A DNA stretch of 64,000 nucleotides from Azolla caroliniana (taxonomy: Eukaryota; Plantae; Polypodiophyta): contig JBHGNT010000015.1 of NCBI GenBank assembly GCA_043228905.1, positions 8,928,001 through 8,992,000 on the forward strand, given 5' to 3'. The translations under genes were made by a program, and so were the position numbers. Position 1 is the stretch's first letter; the number at the start of each line of letters is the position of its first letter. The notes beneath the pieces are model-generated. The model saw nothing but the letters and a program-made list of their open reading frames with translations. It did not search any database and had not been told where the DNA came from. Below, in pieces: positions 13,312-25,452 of the stretch.

Positions 13312-14676
13312 TCACTCCGGCATGGGGTGTCTTACCAGTCTGATCCTCTTCTGACATGCGTTCAGCTTGTCGGGTGTCAGCACTTTGGTCAGCATATCTG
13401 ACCCGTTCTCGGCCGTGTGGATCTTCGTCAGTGCGAACTCCTGGTCATCTAGTCTGTCCTGGATCCAGTGATACCTCCGCTCGATATGCTTCGTCTGGGA
13501 ATGGTAGGCCGCATTCTTAGCAAGGTGGATGGCACTTTGACTGTCGCAATAGAGTCGGTATTCCTCTTGCCGGATACTGAGCTCTCCGATGAAGTCCTTC
13601 ATCCATAATATTTCCTTGCCGGCTTCCACAGCCGCCATGTACTCCGCCTCTGTGGTTGACAATGCAACCGTCTTCTGCAGCCTCGACTGCCACGAAACAG
13701 CTCCCCCTGCATATGTCATTACATACCCGGATGTAGACCGGCTGGTATCCACATCAGCCGACATGTCCGAATCGGTGAAACCGTCCAGTTGAGGTTTTCC
13801 GGAGCCGAATCGGAGACTCATATTTGAAGTGCCCTTCAAATACCGAAGTATCCATTTGACCGCGTTCCAGTACTCCTTGCCGGGATTGGTCATAAACCGG
13901 CTCACCACTCCGACTGCGTATCCTATATCTGGTCGGGTAAACACCATTGCGTACATCAAGCTCCCAACGGCAGAGGCATATGGAATCTTCATCATATCCG
14001 CCTTCTCTGCTTTCTTCTTCGGGCTCTGCTTACCGGATAGCCTGTAGTTTGCCGGAAGTGTCGATCCGACCGGTTTCGCATCTGACATGTTGAACCGGTG
14101 AAGCACCTTTGTCACGTACTTCTCCTGTGATAGCCATAATTGCTTCGCTGACCGGTTCCGGATGATGTGCATCCCCAGCATCTGTCTTGCCGGACCCAAG
14201 TCTTTCATTGAGAAGGTCCAGTTGAGAGCCTTCTTCAGCATCCGTATTTTGACTTGGTCACGTTCGACGATCAACATGTCATCCACGTACAGGAGGAGTA
14301 TCAAGAAGTCGCCTCCTTCGAACTTCTTCACAAACACGCAGTGATCGGCCTGCGTCTTGTGGTACCCTTGATCGGTCATGAAGGAATCAAACTTCCGGTA
14401 CCATTGTCGGGGAGCCTGCTTTAGTCCGTACAAGCTCTTCTTCAGCCGGCATACCAGGTGCTCCTTCCCTTTCTCCACAAATCCCTCCGGTTGCTGCATG
14501 TAGATCTCCTCTTCGAGGTCGCCGTGAAGGAATGTCGTCTTCACGTCCAGCTGTTCTACCTCAAGGTCCATGCTTGCTGCTATACTCAGCACCGTCCGGA
14601 TGGAGGTCATCTTTACTACCGGGGCAAATATCTCGTCGAAGTCCACGCCCTTCTTCTGTTGGAACCCCTTCACCAC
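13312..14676 (-). CDS. copia reverse transcriptase-RNase H (open segment of the deleted element)
   Basis: 454-aa ORF with QLDVKT, SLYGLKQAPRQW, LLYVDDML, TDSD and TKHI motifs. Confidence 0.85.
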   Translation of the reverse strand: MVKGFQQKKGVDFDEIFAPVVKMTSIRTVLSIAASMDLEVEQLDVKTTFLHGDLEEEIYMQQPEGFVEKGKEHLVCRLKKSLYGLKQAPRQWYRKFDSFMTDQGYHKTQADHCVFVKKFEGGDFLILLLYVDDMLIVERDQVKIRMLKKALNWTFSMKDLGPARQMLGMHIIRNRSAKQLWLSQEKYVTKVLHRFNMSDAKPVGSTLPANYRLSGKQSPKKKAEKADMMKIPYASAVGSLMYAMVFTRPDIGYAVGVVSRFMTNPGKEYWNAVKWILRYLKGTSNMSLRFGSGKPQLDGFTDSDMSADVDTSRSTSGYVMTYAGGAVSWQSRLQKTVALSTTEAEYMAAVEAGKEILWMKDFIGELSIRQEEYRLYCDSQSAIHLAKNAAYHSQTKHIERRYHWIQDRLDDQEFALTKIHTAENGSDMLTKVLTPDKLNACQKRIRLVRHPMPE

Positions 14677-15367
14677 GATCCTGGCTTTGTATCTCGAGGG
14701 GTTGCCGGCATCTCCTGGTTCTGGGGACTACGGTTTCTCTGTCTTCCGCGTTCCGATTCGGCAAGGAGCGCTTTGAAGTCGGAGCTTGTATCTTTATCTT
14801 TCCGACGCGCCTCCTCATCTAGCAAGCTCGATTTTACTCTTGCTAGGGATAACCGCTTTCCTTCCGGCCCGGCGTTGCCCAAAGTGACAACCAACGTCTC
14901 CCAACTATCCGGGAGGGAACCGAGCAAGAGTAGCGCTAGTACCTCATCGGCGAGAGGTACTTCCAATGATGTTGCCTGGTGTATCAGCCCCTGGAAGGCC
15001 TATTCATGTGCTCCGCCATGCTGGAGCCATCTTGGTACCGGAGTCTTACTAGCTTCCGGAATACCGACACCTGATTAACAACATTTTTGTTCAGAAACAT
15101 TATGTCGATCTTCTCCCAGAGCTCATGAGCCTTGCTCTCTTCATTGAAGTTGTTGTACAGGCTCATGTTGATGAAGCACCGTATGTACCCCATTGTCTTC
15201 ATGTGCATCACCTCCCATATCGCGGCGTCGATTTTGTCCGGTCTCTTGTCCCCGAACTGAACCGGCAACCAGAGGTCTTTAACCACGAGAATGTCCCTCA
15301 TCTTCGACTTCCATACCGAATAATTGGAGCCGGTGAGCTTGAACATGCGGCCAAACGATTCGTCCAT
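14670..15367 (-). pseudogene. copia gag of C1, frameshifted and fused to RT by deletion
   Basis: KLTGSNYSVWKSKM and LLGSLPDSWE; near-identical to the gag of C2. Confidence 0.88.
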
Positions 15368-15397
15368 ATTTCTGTGTTGTTTCGCTCTGATACCACT

Positions 15398-16180
15398 TGA
15401 CGGGAACTCAAGGCTCCTTATGCACAACGCTCGGCCACAACCGAGCTTAGGATCATACACAAAAAACGGGAAACAAATGCATGCGACACAAAGGAGAGAA
15501 AAAAAAGGTACACAGAATGTTTACGTGGAAAACCCAAAGAGGGAAAAAACCACGGCAGCCCACAGGCTACAAACTATCACTATGTTGGAATGTACAAAAC
15601 AGTGAGTTCACGGAGGCAACGACCTCGTTCTCTCTCTCTCTCAACCTGTACACTGTTACACGCTCTCTCTTCTTGCACCAACAAGAAAATGACAACCCTT
15701 TTCATTCTAAAAGTTTGCCCTAAGTCATATTTATACTAATATGACTTTTCGGCTATTTACAAATATAGTCTCTTCATCCGGTTCTCACTGGGTCTATACC
15801 ATCCGGCTCTCCGTAGCCGGGTGGGTACTCCTCATCCGGTTCATACCGGGTCTGCACCATCCGGCTCTCCGTAGCCGAGTACTCCTCATCCGGTTCATAC
15901 CGGGTCTGCACCATCCGGCTCTCCGTAGCCAGGTACTCCTCATCCAGTTCATACCGGGTCTGCACCATCCGGCTCTCCGTAGCCAGGTACTCCTCATCCA
16001 GTTCATACCGGGTCTGCACCATCCGGCTCTCCGAAGCCAGGTACTCCTCATCCGGTTCATACCGGGTCTGCACCATCCGGCTCTCCGTAGCTGGGTACTC
16101 ATCCGGTTTCGGCCTCGGCCGAGCTTGTTCATCAGCACTGTTCTTCTCCCTTCCCATCCGGAGGGACCTGTCTCCCAACA
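15398..16180 (-). repeat. 5' LTR of C1 with about 6 copies of the 54-bp repeat
   Basis: direct repeat of 12631-13301; abuts PBS. Confidence 0.93.
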
Positions 16181-16621
16181 CATGGCTTCCATGAGTTCAT
16201 TTATTCTCTCAGAAAGATCCGACATGTTGAGGCTTAGAAAATGGGAAGGTGAACAAACTGTCGCGAGTGGGTGGATGAGGCTAAATACTAAGAGAGAGAG
16301 AGAGCATAAGAAAAAGAACAAGATTGTCACAAACAAGTAGACGAGGCGCAATACTAAGAGAGAGAGAGAGAGAGAGAATATACAAGAGAACAAGAAAGAG
16401 AGAGAGAGACAAAATAGACAAAATAACAAGAACTGAATTATGCTTTCGTAACTGGTGCTGTTCACCTTGATTGTAATCAAGGTGCACCTGAGTATTTATA
16501 CAAGAATGTGGAGGTATGCATGAAAGTAAGAAAACTTCTAGAGAGTGCATGGAAATTTCTAGAGAGTGCATGAAGATGCATTCTCTAGAAGGTTCTTGAA
16601 AGTTCTAGTGATCAATCTACA

Positions 16622-17259
16622 ATGTAATAAGTTGAATCTTATACAATACAATAATGAATAGATACATGTAGCTGAATTGGTAAGGTTGCCCAATAAGACC
16701 AAAAGGTCATGGCTTCAACCCCCACAGTTCCATGTGGCATCTTGTTTATGACACCGATCGAGAAGGTTGAGGTGCGCGGAACTGGACACATCACGGAAAA
16801 TAGAACCGGACTGAACGAGGAACCGGAGGAGAGGACGAACGACCACATCAGACACTGACACTACGATCCGACCTCAAGTTAAGGTTGAGGGGGAGTATTG
16901 TGCGGACAAGCTCAACCGGATCCGGAGCCGGATCGGATTGTAACCGGTAGGCAATTGAGGCCTACGAATCTAGCCTAGTACGTAGGCATATATTTAGGAG
17001 TTAGTGTTAGTTGCTACTATGAGCATTGAAGCATTTGTCAATACTTCTGTCAGTCGTTTTTAAGGACTTGTATAAAAGTGCTCACTGAGCACATTGTATG
17101 TATAGAGTGTTATTATTTTGAAATTGAGTGGATGCTATTCTACTCTCTCTATCTCTCCCGTGAACTGTGTATTCTAAGCTTCCATTAAACCTGTGTTTAT
17201 TCTCTGTTACTATCCGGTGTAACTGGTTTTGTGAAAGCTTCCGCATATTAACTTTCACA
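16622..17259 (+). mobile_element. copia group E 3' fragment: PPT plus 3' LTR (16899-17259)
   Basis: GAGGGGGAG PPT before TG; the LTR shares AGGACTTGTATAAAAGTGCTCACTGAGCAC with the LTR at 60809-61197 and a similar block in 18642-19061. Confidence 0.75.
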
Positions 17260-17400
17260 GAGATTCATAAACATTTAGGTTGATAGGTTGATAGATTGAT
17301 AAGCATTACGGGATGGGGGGTGGTGCATAGAATGGCTCTACCACCCTCCCAACGGGGTTCAACGTAAAGGAAAGAGAGAGAGAGAGAGAGAGAGAAATGA

Positions 17401-18051
17401 CAAGAGAGAAGTTCTTCATTTTTTATTCATTCCCCAGGAGGGGGTTAAATAGTTACAAGAGGGGTAGATACATAGGGGTGCAAGCCCCCTTGGCCATTCA
17501 CAGTAATCACTCACTCACACCTCTTCTTATCTGTCCACTCACACTCACACTTACATTCACTCATAATCATATACATTACACATACATACAATAACATTAA
17601 ATCTCTTCACCCTCACTCATCACACTCAACTCTTCGTACATCTCGTACAATAACACATTATGCCACGCCCGTGGGACCGATGGAAGTTCCGGTTGAATAA
17701 AGATAATGATCAAGGCATGTGGGATCGACGTGCAAGGCACTGTCCCATGGGCGTGCCATAATGTGTTACATTATGAGATGTACGGAGAGTTGAGTGTGAG
17801 GAGTGCGGGTGAAGAGACTTAATGTTGTTGTATATATGTGTAGTGTATACGATTATGAGTGCGAGCGAATGTAAATGTGAGTGTGAGTGGATAGATAAGA
17901 AGAAGTGTGAGTGAGTGATTAGTGTGAATGGCCAAGGGGGCTTGCAACCCTATGTATCTACCCCTCTTATAACTATTTAACCCCTTATGGGGAATGAATG
18001 AATAAGAAAATATTTCTCTCTCAACTTCTCTCTCTTGGATGACGTATTACA
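17401..18051. repeat. fold-back element: two inverted LTR-like arms, each with a tRNA-Arg motif at its inner end
   Basis: 17401-17677 is the approximate reverse complement of 17742-18036; 64-bp spacer; right arm runs TGTTACA(17764)...TTACA(18051). Confidence 0.85.
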
Positions 18052-18641
18052 GCGTGAATAACAAAGATGTCCTAAACCTAAATAGTTGAGAAGAGGAAGA
18101 TGAAGATGCCGGAGTATGGCACGGATAAATCGGCGTCAAATCAGGAATAATTCGACACCAAACAGAGAAATGATGGACCTCAAGTGTTGAGGTCAGATGA
18201 GGCCAAGAGGGCCATAAAATCAGCAAATGAGAAGCTCCGCCGATCAACTCACCATAAGAAGCTGGTAATTCGGTATGGTTATAACAAGTACATGGCGCAC
18301 CATTATGCATACATGATGAAAGTGGCGAAAGTGCGTGAGCCGGAGGGCTATGCTGAGGCATCACAAGATTCCAAATAGCGTTCGCCCATGGAGGAAGAAA
18401 TGCGGGAACTAGATGCCAACGACACATGGGACTTGGTTGACCATCTCCAACATTGATGTAAGTGGGTATACAAAGTGAATTACAATGCTGACGGTTCGGT
18501 CAACCGTTACAAGGCCTGATTGGTGGCCAAGGTATATGCGCATACCAATGGAATCAACTACAACGAGACCTTCCCACTGGTGGCGAAGATCACAATGGTT
18601 CATGTGGTGGTGGCAATAGCAGTGGCAAGGGAGTGGCATCT
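18052..18641 (+). pseudogene. copia INT-linker and RT N-terminal fragment
   Basis: LRRST..YAYMMKVAKVREPEGYAEA..TWDLV..CKWVYKV..DGSVNRYKA. Confidence 0.8.
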
Positions 18642-19273
18642 TGTTGAGTGACAAGCTCAAAATTGGGTGCGTAATACGGTGCATAACCTAGTGCGTAGAC
18701 TGGGTGCGTAAAACAGTACGCATAACGTGGCTGTATCGGTGGGTAAACCGAAAGGCCATTAGTATGGTATTCCTCATAAGAAATAATTTTGGGAGTTAGT
18801 GTAGTAGGCTCATTTATGAGCAGTCAAGTACTGTCAGTACTTGTGTCAGCCCGATAGTCAGGGCTTGTATAAAAGGTGCTCACTCAGCACGAACAATGTA
18901 CAGAGCGTCATTATTTTGAAATAGAACTAAGTTGTATGCTCTCTCTCTGTCTCTCCATCTCCATCTCCATCTCTGTGTTTTCTGAGTTTACCGAATTGTT
19001 TTATTTCTGAATTGTGTACTCTGTGTTTACGCACACGCTTCCGCACACGTATTCTTTTACATGGTATCAAAGCACGAGGGTTGAAGTCCTATGCAACCGA
19101 CAAGAAAAGCTTGCAACAAAACAGAGTTGAAGTTGTTCTTTGTTTTTTTTCGAAAAAGGAAAAGACAACAATATGGACAGAGGTATGGGAAGCTTGCTAC
19201 CGATTGAAAAGCTTGACAGGAGCTTTTACGCATCTTGGTCGTACAAAATGCACCAGTACCTGCTCGGTCACGG

Positions 19274-19464
19274 TGCTGCGTAAGAATTTGCCTCTCAAAA
19301 CTCTAGCACAATACATCTCGAAACACACAAGGCACATCATCATAGGGCACCATAACAACATCTTTGAGTTTAAGAAATACCACAAACACAAAAAGAGATG
19401 AATGGGTATAACAAAGACAATCAATGAAGAAATATGAAAGGGGAGGATCTATATCAAGAGTTGA

Positions 19465-19501
<37 letters not shown>

Positions 19502-20133
19502 TCACTACACCAAAGAGGGTTTACAATATTTTATGATAATCATTCATGTACAACAAATAGGAGATTGGAATTGACAAAGATATGTATCATAATCTATGAA
19601 AGGAGGAAAGGAGAATGAAAATAGAGTATTTATTAAGAAGACAGATATAAAAACACACACTACATCAAGAGAGATATTCTATGGCTATTCTATTCTCAAG
19701 GCTTTCACACTCATACTTATATACAATAGGGGCGGGGCTTAATTGTTAGTTCTTGCATGTATCTTGCCACATGTCGCACATGTAACACTTCAACCACTTT
19801 CCTTTGCATGTAACCGATAGATCTTCTATTTTGGGTATGAAGACGGTTGACTCTATCCACGACCCCTTGTAGACATTTGTAGCACATCGAGCAAGATTTC
19901 CAAAGAATGTTTATTTATTGAAATCCAATATTCCCTTGAAATATTACGACCAAAACATTGACTGCCTAATGTAAAGGCACTCTTTGATTATGTCACATCA
20001 ATTCATCTTGATTCTTCACATCTACCTTCGATTAAAGCATCCACCATCATGCCTAAAGTGTCATAACTAGCTTGTGCCCATATTTTACTATCTTTCAACC
20101 ACTTTGTTGAGCACAAGTATTTACAACACAACA
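19274..20133 (-). repeat. 3' LTR of gypsy D
   Basis: TG..CA ends; 19776-20133 repeated at 44837-45192; adjacent PPT GGAGGGGGCTAAAG. Confidence 0.85.
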
Positions 20134-20296
20134 CTTTAGCCCCCTCCAAGTAAAGCTTGATAAAGTCAAAGCTTTTTCTAGTTGAACACTAGTAAACTAC
20201 CAATATCCTCTATATATACCTTATCCTTGTCTCGAGCAGCAAATACCTAAAAACATTTCACAAATATGTACAAGTAAACGTTTCATTCTTTGTACT

Positions 20297-23200
20297 TTAA
20301 GAAGCCATTGTCATTGAGGAACTCATTATGCGTAAATGATATGGCTTTAATCTCACCCCATTGATCCTTTCTGTCATTAATGACCTATCCATACTCTTTA
20401 GCTCATATGTACCATTGGTAAACCTCTTGTGGATTACATAAGGTCCATCCCACCTATGCTTGAATTTTCTTTGAAAAGTCTTATCCAAGGAAATATTATA
20501 TATTAAGACCAACATACCCTCCATCAAGTTTTTTTTCCTTGCTAGTGCTTGAATTCTTTTATCCCGTCATTGACACAAGTCTTCATAGAAATGTATTGCC
20601 TCATCTCTTTTCCAAAATAAATCATGCATAGCTTCTTTTCATACATCCATTTGAAATTCATCATGCACTCCTAAGCACTCCATCATTTGAATAGAAGGAA
20701 ACAACACATTTGCAGGCATCATTTCATCCTCCCCATATACTAAGTGGAAGGGAGTAAAACCTGTGGAAAGCTTATGTGTCATCCTACATGCCCATAGTGC
20801 TTTGTTTAACACTTTATCCCAACTCCGTCGATACAAGTCCACAAGCTTGAACAATAGCTTCTGTATAATCCCATTAAAGGACTCCACAAATCCATTACAT
20901 TGTGGGTGATATGGAGTAGCTCTTTTATGTGCAATCTCCAAATGAGTTACCAAATCTTTAATAAAATCTCCTCTAAATTCAACATTATCTGTAACTAACT
21001 CCAAAGGCACACCAAATCTACATACTACTTGTTCAAAAACAAGCCTCGCCATTTCTTTGCTTGTTGCAATACCTGTAGCCCGTGCTTCTGGCCATCGTGA
21101 AACATATTCTACTGTTGACATAATGTATACTTTGCCACTAATAGAACTCGGTAATGGCCCAATGATATCTAAACCCCACTTAGAGAATATCTTATAGCTA
21201 ACAATCCTCCCTGGAGGTTCAAGCATCTTCTTTGTTGATATAATTGACATTCATGACATGACCTACACCAATGTACCACATCCCTATACATGCTTGCCCA
21301 TGTTACTTGAGTTTGCATGATCTTCCTTTTAGTATATTCTATTCCAAAATGGCCTCCACATCCTTCCTCATGACACATAGACAAACACTCTTGAATCTCA
21401 TCATGCCATAATACACGTTTAAGCACCCCATCTATATCTTTCAAATAAAGATCATCATGTATTATCACATACCTTTGTGCACGACGTGTTATGGCAAGAT
21501 GCCTATGATATGGGAGCTCTTTTCTAGCCCTTCCTGTCCTTAAAACATATTCCTCCTCTTCTAGGCTCTCTCGATCTTTGTATGATGGCATATTTATAAC
21601 ATGCACTCCCACTTCTTGTGTTACTATCTTTCTTGCTAGCCCATGAGCCCTTGCATTCTTATCTCTTGGGATATGCTGAAATTGACATTCCAAGAACTGG
21701 CGTTGCAATTGCATCACTTGTTGGAGAAGGGGACGAAGACTAGCCTTTTGCACCTTCCACACCCCCTGCACTTGTCTTATAATCAACAATGAATCTCCCT
21801 TTACCATCAAACTTCTAATTCCTTTTTCCATGCATACTTGTAAGGCATGAATTAAGCTAAGATACTCGACCTCATTGTGACTATTTGCTTCAATGTGATC
21901 ACTTCCACTCCATAACTCATGGCATTCTCTATTCATGAAAGCATATCCAATTCCTGCAATCTTTGTTTTTTGCTTAAAAGCACCATCAAAATATAATACC
22001 CCTTCAAATTTTTTCAACATTATTTCAGATTCATTGATTGGTTCGACATGATCATCTATCTCTTTTACATTCTTAGTTGGCACAAGCTCCTTATAGGTAA
22101 GCAAATCCGCCATCTTAGAGCTAGTAGTTTCTTCTTTAATAAAACTTACTTCAAACTCTTGTATAATCATTATCCACCATTTCATACATGGGCTATCTCC
22201 TGAAAATCTTAACATATGAGGGAGCAAAGCACATGAAGTTAAAACTATTGTGATTCTTCCTAACAAATACGACTTTTTGGAGGGAAAGCACCAATGCCCA
22301 TACAAGTTTTTCTTCTTGTGTCCAAGTCTTCTCTACCATTGACATCTTCCTACTAATATAATATATTGGACGCATATATGATTGCTTAATACCTTTTTGC
22401 ATTAATACTGCATCTATTGCTTCAACACCCACACTCAAACTAACATAGAATGGTTGATCCCAATTAGGTGGCATTAGGATGGGTAGAGTACTCAATCTAT
22501 CTTTTACTTCTTCAAAGGCATTTTGCTCCACTCTTCCCCACACAAATGGATCTCTCATTGAGGCTCTTTGTAGTGGTTAAATATACTCTACCTTTTGAAC
22601 GTGAAAGATATTGTACCTTTTGAACGAAGCTTAACAATTGCTTTGTAGAAGTCGGAGCATCCATCAATAGTAAAGATTCTACTTTACTTGGATCAGGGGC
22701 AATCCCATTAGCACTAACTTCATGCCCAAGTAGAATAATTTTACTATGTGCAATTTTGCACTTATTAGGATTCAATTGACCTCCATCTTCATCTATTCTA
22801 GCAAAAATTTGATCAAGCTTTTCTACATGACTCTTTCTATCACTATATATTCCTATGTCATCCATAAATGACCTTGCAAATTTTCCAAAGAAAGGACTTA
22901 ACAACCTATCCATCCATCCTTGAAAAGTTGCATAAGCATTAACCAACCCAAAAGGCATCTTAGTGTAACAAAATACACCCCATGGAGTGATGAAACTAGT
23001 CAACTTTTGATCTTCGGGTGCAATCTCGATTTGAAAATATCCACAAAGACCATCACATATTGAAGACCTTTCATGTCCCACCACTTCATCCAATATTTCA
23101 TCTTGGAAAGGCATTGGGTAATGATGTCGCTTGGTTGCCGCATTCAAAGGTCTGAAATCCACACATACTCTCCACTTGCCACTCTTATTAGGCACTATAA

Positions 23201-25452
23201 CCACTGGGGATATCCAATCAGCATCATCTACAAGTCGAATAAATCCAGCAGCCAACAACTTGCTTACCTCTTCCCCCAAAATCTCTCTTCTTATATTGCC
23301 TAACCTTCTGAGTTTTTGAGGAACTGGCATTGCATTGCTATGCAACTTTATCTCGTGTAACACAGAATGTGTTCCCCTCATCTAAGTATACTTTGTAGCA
23401 AACAACTTAGGATACTTATCAAATAACATGGAATATTGGTCTTCAGTCAAATTAGGGGATAACATTACCATGAGTTCCTCCTTGGGCACATTGGGCTGAC
23501 TTTTGGTGGGTTCTAACCCAATACCACATAGGTCGACTCCTATGTGTAATTCCTCATACCCATCATCAACCTCATCCTCTTCACTTGAAGAAAAGGATTC
23601 CTCATCTGAAAATTCTTCAACATCATCTTGCCCTTCTTCTTCTAGTCTAGCATCTGGGAAATAAAGTAATTGTCTTGTCTTCATATCACACTTCACTCTT
23701 TGACCATGAGGCTTATTGGTGAACAATTCTAATTCCCCACGATGCCAATCTTGTCTCATTTTCATACCCATCAACCATGGTCTTCCTAGTATTAGTGGAT
23801 AAGCCCTTGGTCTTGCTGGCAAGATGTGCAAATCCACCAATACTTGTTGCCCTAACACATACAACTTTACTTGCTCTGCTACTCCCACACATCGGACTAC
23901 TGCATTATTTGCCATATTCATGTTATATGCATGTTTTCTATTAATCTTTAATTGTAATCTGCTTGATGTATCCTCCGTGATGACACATACTTGTGCACCA
24001 CCATCTACATATGTTGGGGCCACCACTTGCCCTTGACACCAAACTTCTAGTACTGGCAACAAATCTTTTTCATGACTGTAACATATTCGAGGAATATCTT
24101 GAGTATCTACTCTACCTATAGTATTAGTTGCCCTTCTACCCTTCTTAGAAATACTCACCATTTTCCACCACTCTCTACGTAGCTTAGGAACTAATTCTAA
24201 AGCTTGGGCAAAGGTCATATCCACTTTCCTTTCTTTCAAGTCGTTCAACAAGGAACATGATTCTTGATTTAAACCTAGTGGATAATCCTTGATTGCTATC
24301 CTCTTCTTTGATTCTAGAGATTTCATTCCTTGCTTATCCCTATGCTTACTAGGTTCTCCCTCTTGTGATATTGCTCCATCTTTCACCTAATTATGCAACC
24401 TAGTTCGCATTCTTGATCCTCCCTCGTGCTCTTCTAAACGAGCTCTCTTTCCCACTAAAACATCATATGAATCCCCATCTAACATGACCTTCCCACATGT
24501 TGTATTTAATGCATCCTTTACATTATCATTCTTCTTAAACTCAATCAAATTAACACCATGAGAATTTACTTGATTTTGTGACCTTTGCTCTTCTACTCGT
24601 CTTGGAATTGGGGCAATACCTCCTCCTTCGCACTTAGGATGTGGGCAATTTGGTGAAATATGTCCTCGTTCAAAATAATTATAACACTGCACATTGGGAT
24701 TCGGCCTCCCAATATCTTTCTTTTGTTGAGAAACTTGTATAGACCTTGTAAGTTCAGCTTGGTTAAAACAAAGCTTACTTACTTCATCAGCCATCTTTGC
24801 GGCTTGTTGTGCAAGATCCATGGCCCCACTTGTAAAAGACTCTCGCCGTGAAGACACACACATCAGGACTTTTTTCATGTACCCTGTGAATGTATGATGT
24901 CGCACCTTCAATAGCTTCATCATCTTCTTTCATGTCCCTCCCAAGATTTCTCATCCTCTTTCTCCATTTACTTATTGCCACTTCTTTTGCCCTTCCAAAA
25001 GATTCAGGTTCCTTATCATCTACCTTCTCTTTAATATCCTCATGCAAGGCCACGATAAATTGGTTACACTTCATAAAATCGGGTGGAACTTGATCATTTC
25101 CTAATCTCTCCAATCTCCTATATAAATCTTCAAACCTCCTAATAAAATCCCTAATATCCTCCTCATACCCTTGCCTTACCCTTGTAATATCCTTCCAAAT
25201 AGCTTATGGAGTTTCAGTTTTTTGAAATTGGGTTAACAATGCTTGTTGCAAACTTTCCCAATCATTCTTTACCTCTATAGGCACTAACCTTACAAACCAA
25301 TCTAAAGCCGGACCATCCAACAAAAGGCTTACCATTATCGCTACATAAGCATCACTTTTCCCGGCTTGTCGAGCCCAAATCATCAACCGACGCACGAATT
25401 GCACGACATCACTATTCGTCCTAGTGAAAGGCTCACTAAAGAGATCCGCCAT
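20297..25452 (-). pseudogene. gypsy D gag-PR-RT-RH-aRH-INT, degenerate
   Basis: PR YVDGGAQV, RT CVDFRPLN and FMDD, degenerate RH, second RNase H (LYFDGA, NEVEY, GDSLLII), INT WGLDIIGP and GPY. Confidence 0.92.

Larger units (their letters stand above)
12631..16180 (-). mobile_element. Ty1/copia family C, copy C1, internally deleted (lacks PR and INT)
   Basis: two LTRs, TSD CATGG (12626-12630 and 16181-16185), PBS TGGTATCAGAGC 15384-15395, PPT 13302-13315. Confidence 0.95.
12351..16621 (-). mobile_element. chromovirus (Tcn1-like) gypsy fragment: LTR ~16325-16621 plus gag N-terminus, interrupted by copia C1 and cut by A1
   Basis: removing C1 joins MSDLSERINELMEAM to HQLQLENDNLR...MEPELSLPDKFDG..GFITQIKLIIQLQP, a chromovirus-type gag start; TG..CA-bounded segment with TATAAATA. 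Confidence 0.65.

Noticed and set aside
15770-16110. 54-bp repeats as a CRISPR array or repeat-protein gene
   Set aside because: Head-to-tail units without unique spacers, inside LTRs, with no cas genes; the ORFs arise because the unit length is a multiple of 3.
16305-16330. Self-priming PBS for the Tcn1-like fragment
   Set aside because: Complementarity to the presumed transcript start was too weak to support by eye.
17373-19499. (GA)n at ~17373-17395 and (TA)n at ~19470-19499
   Set aside because: Ordinary microsatellites within or beside LTRs.
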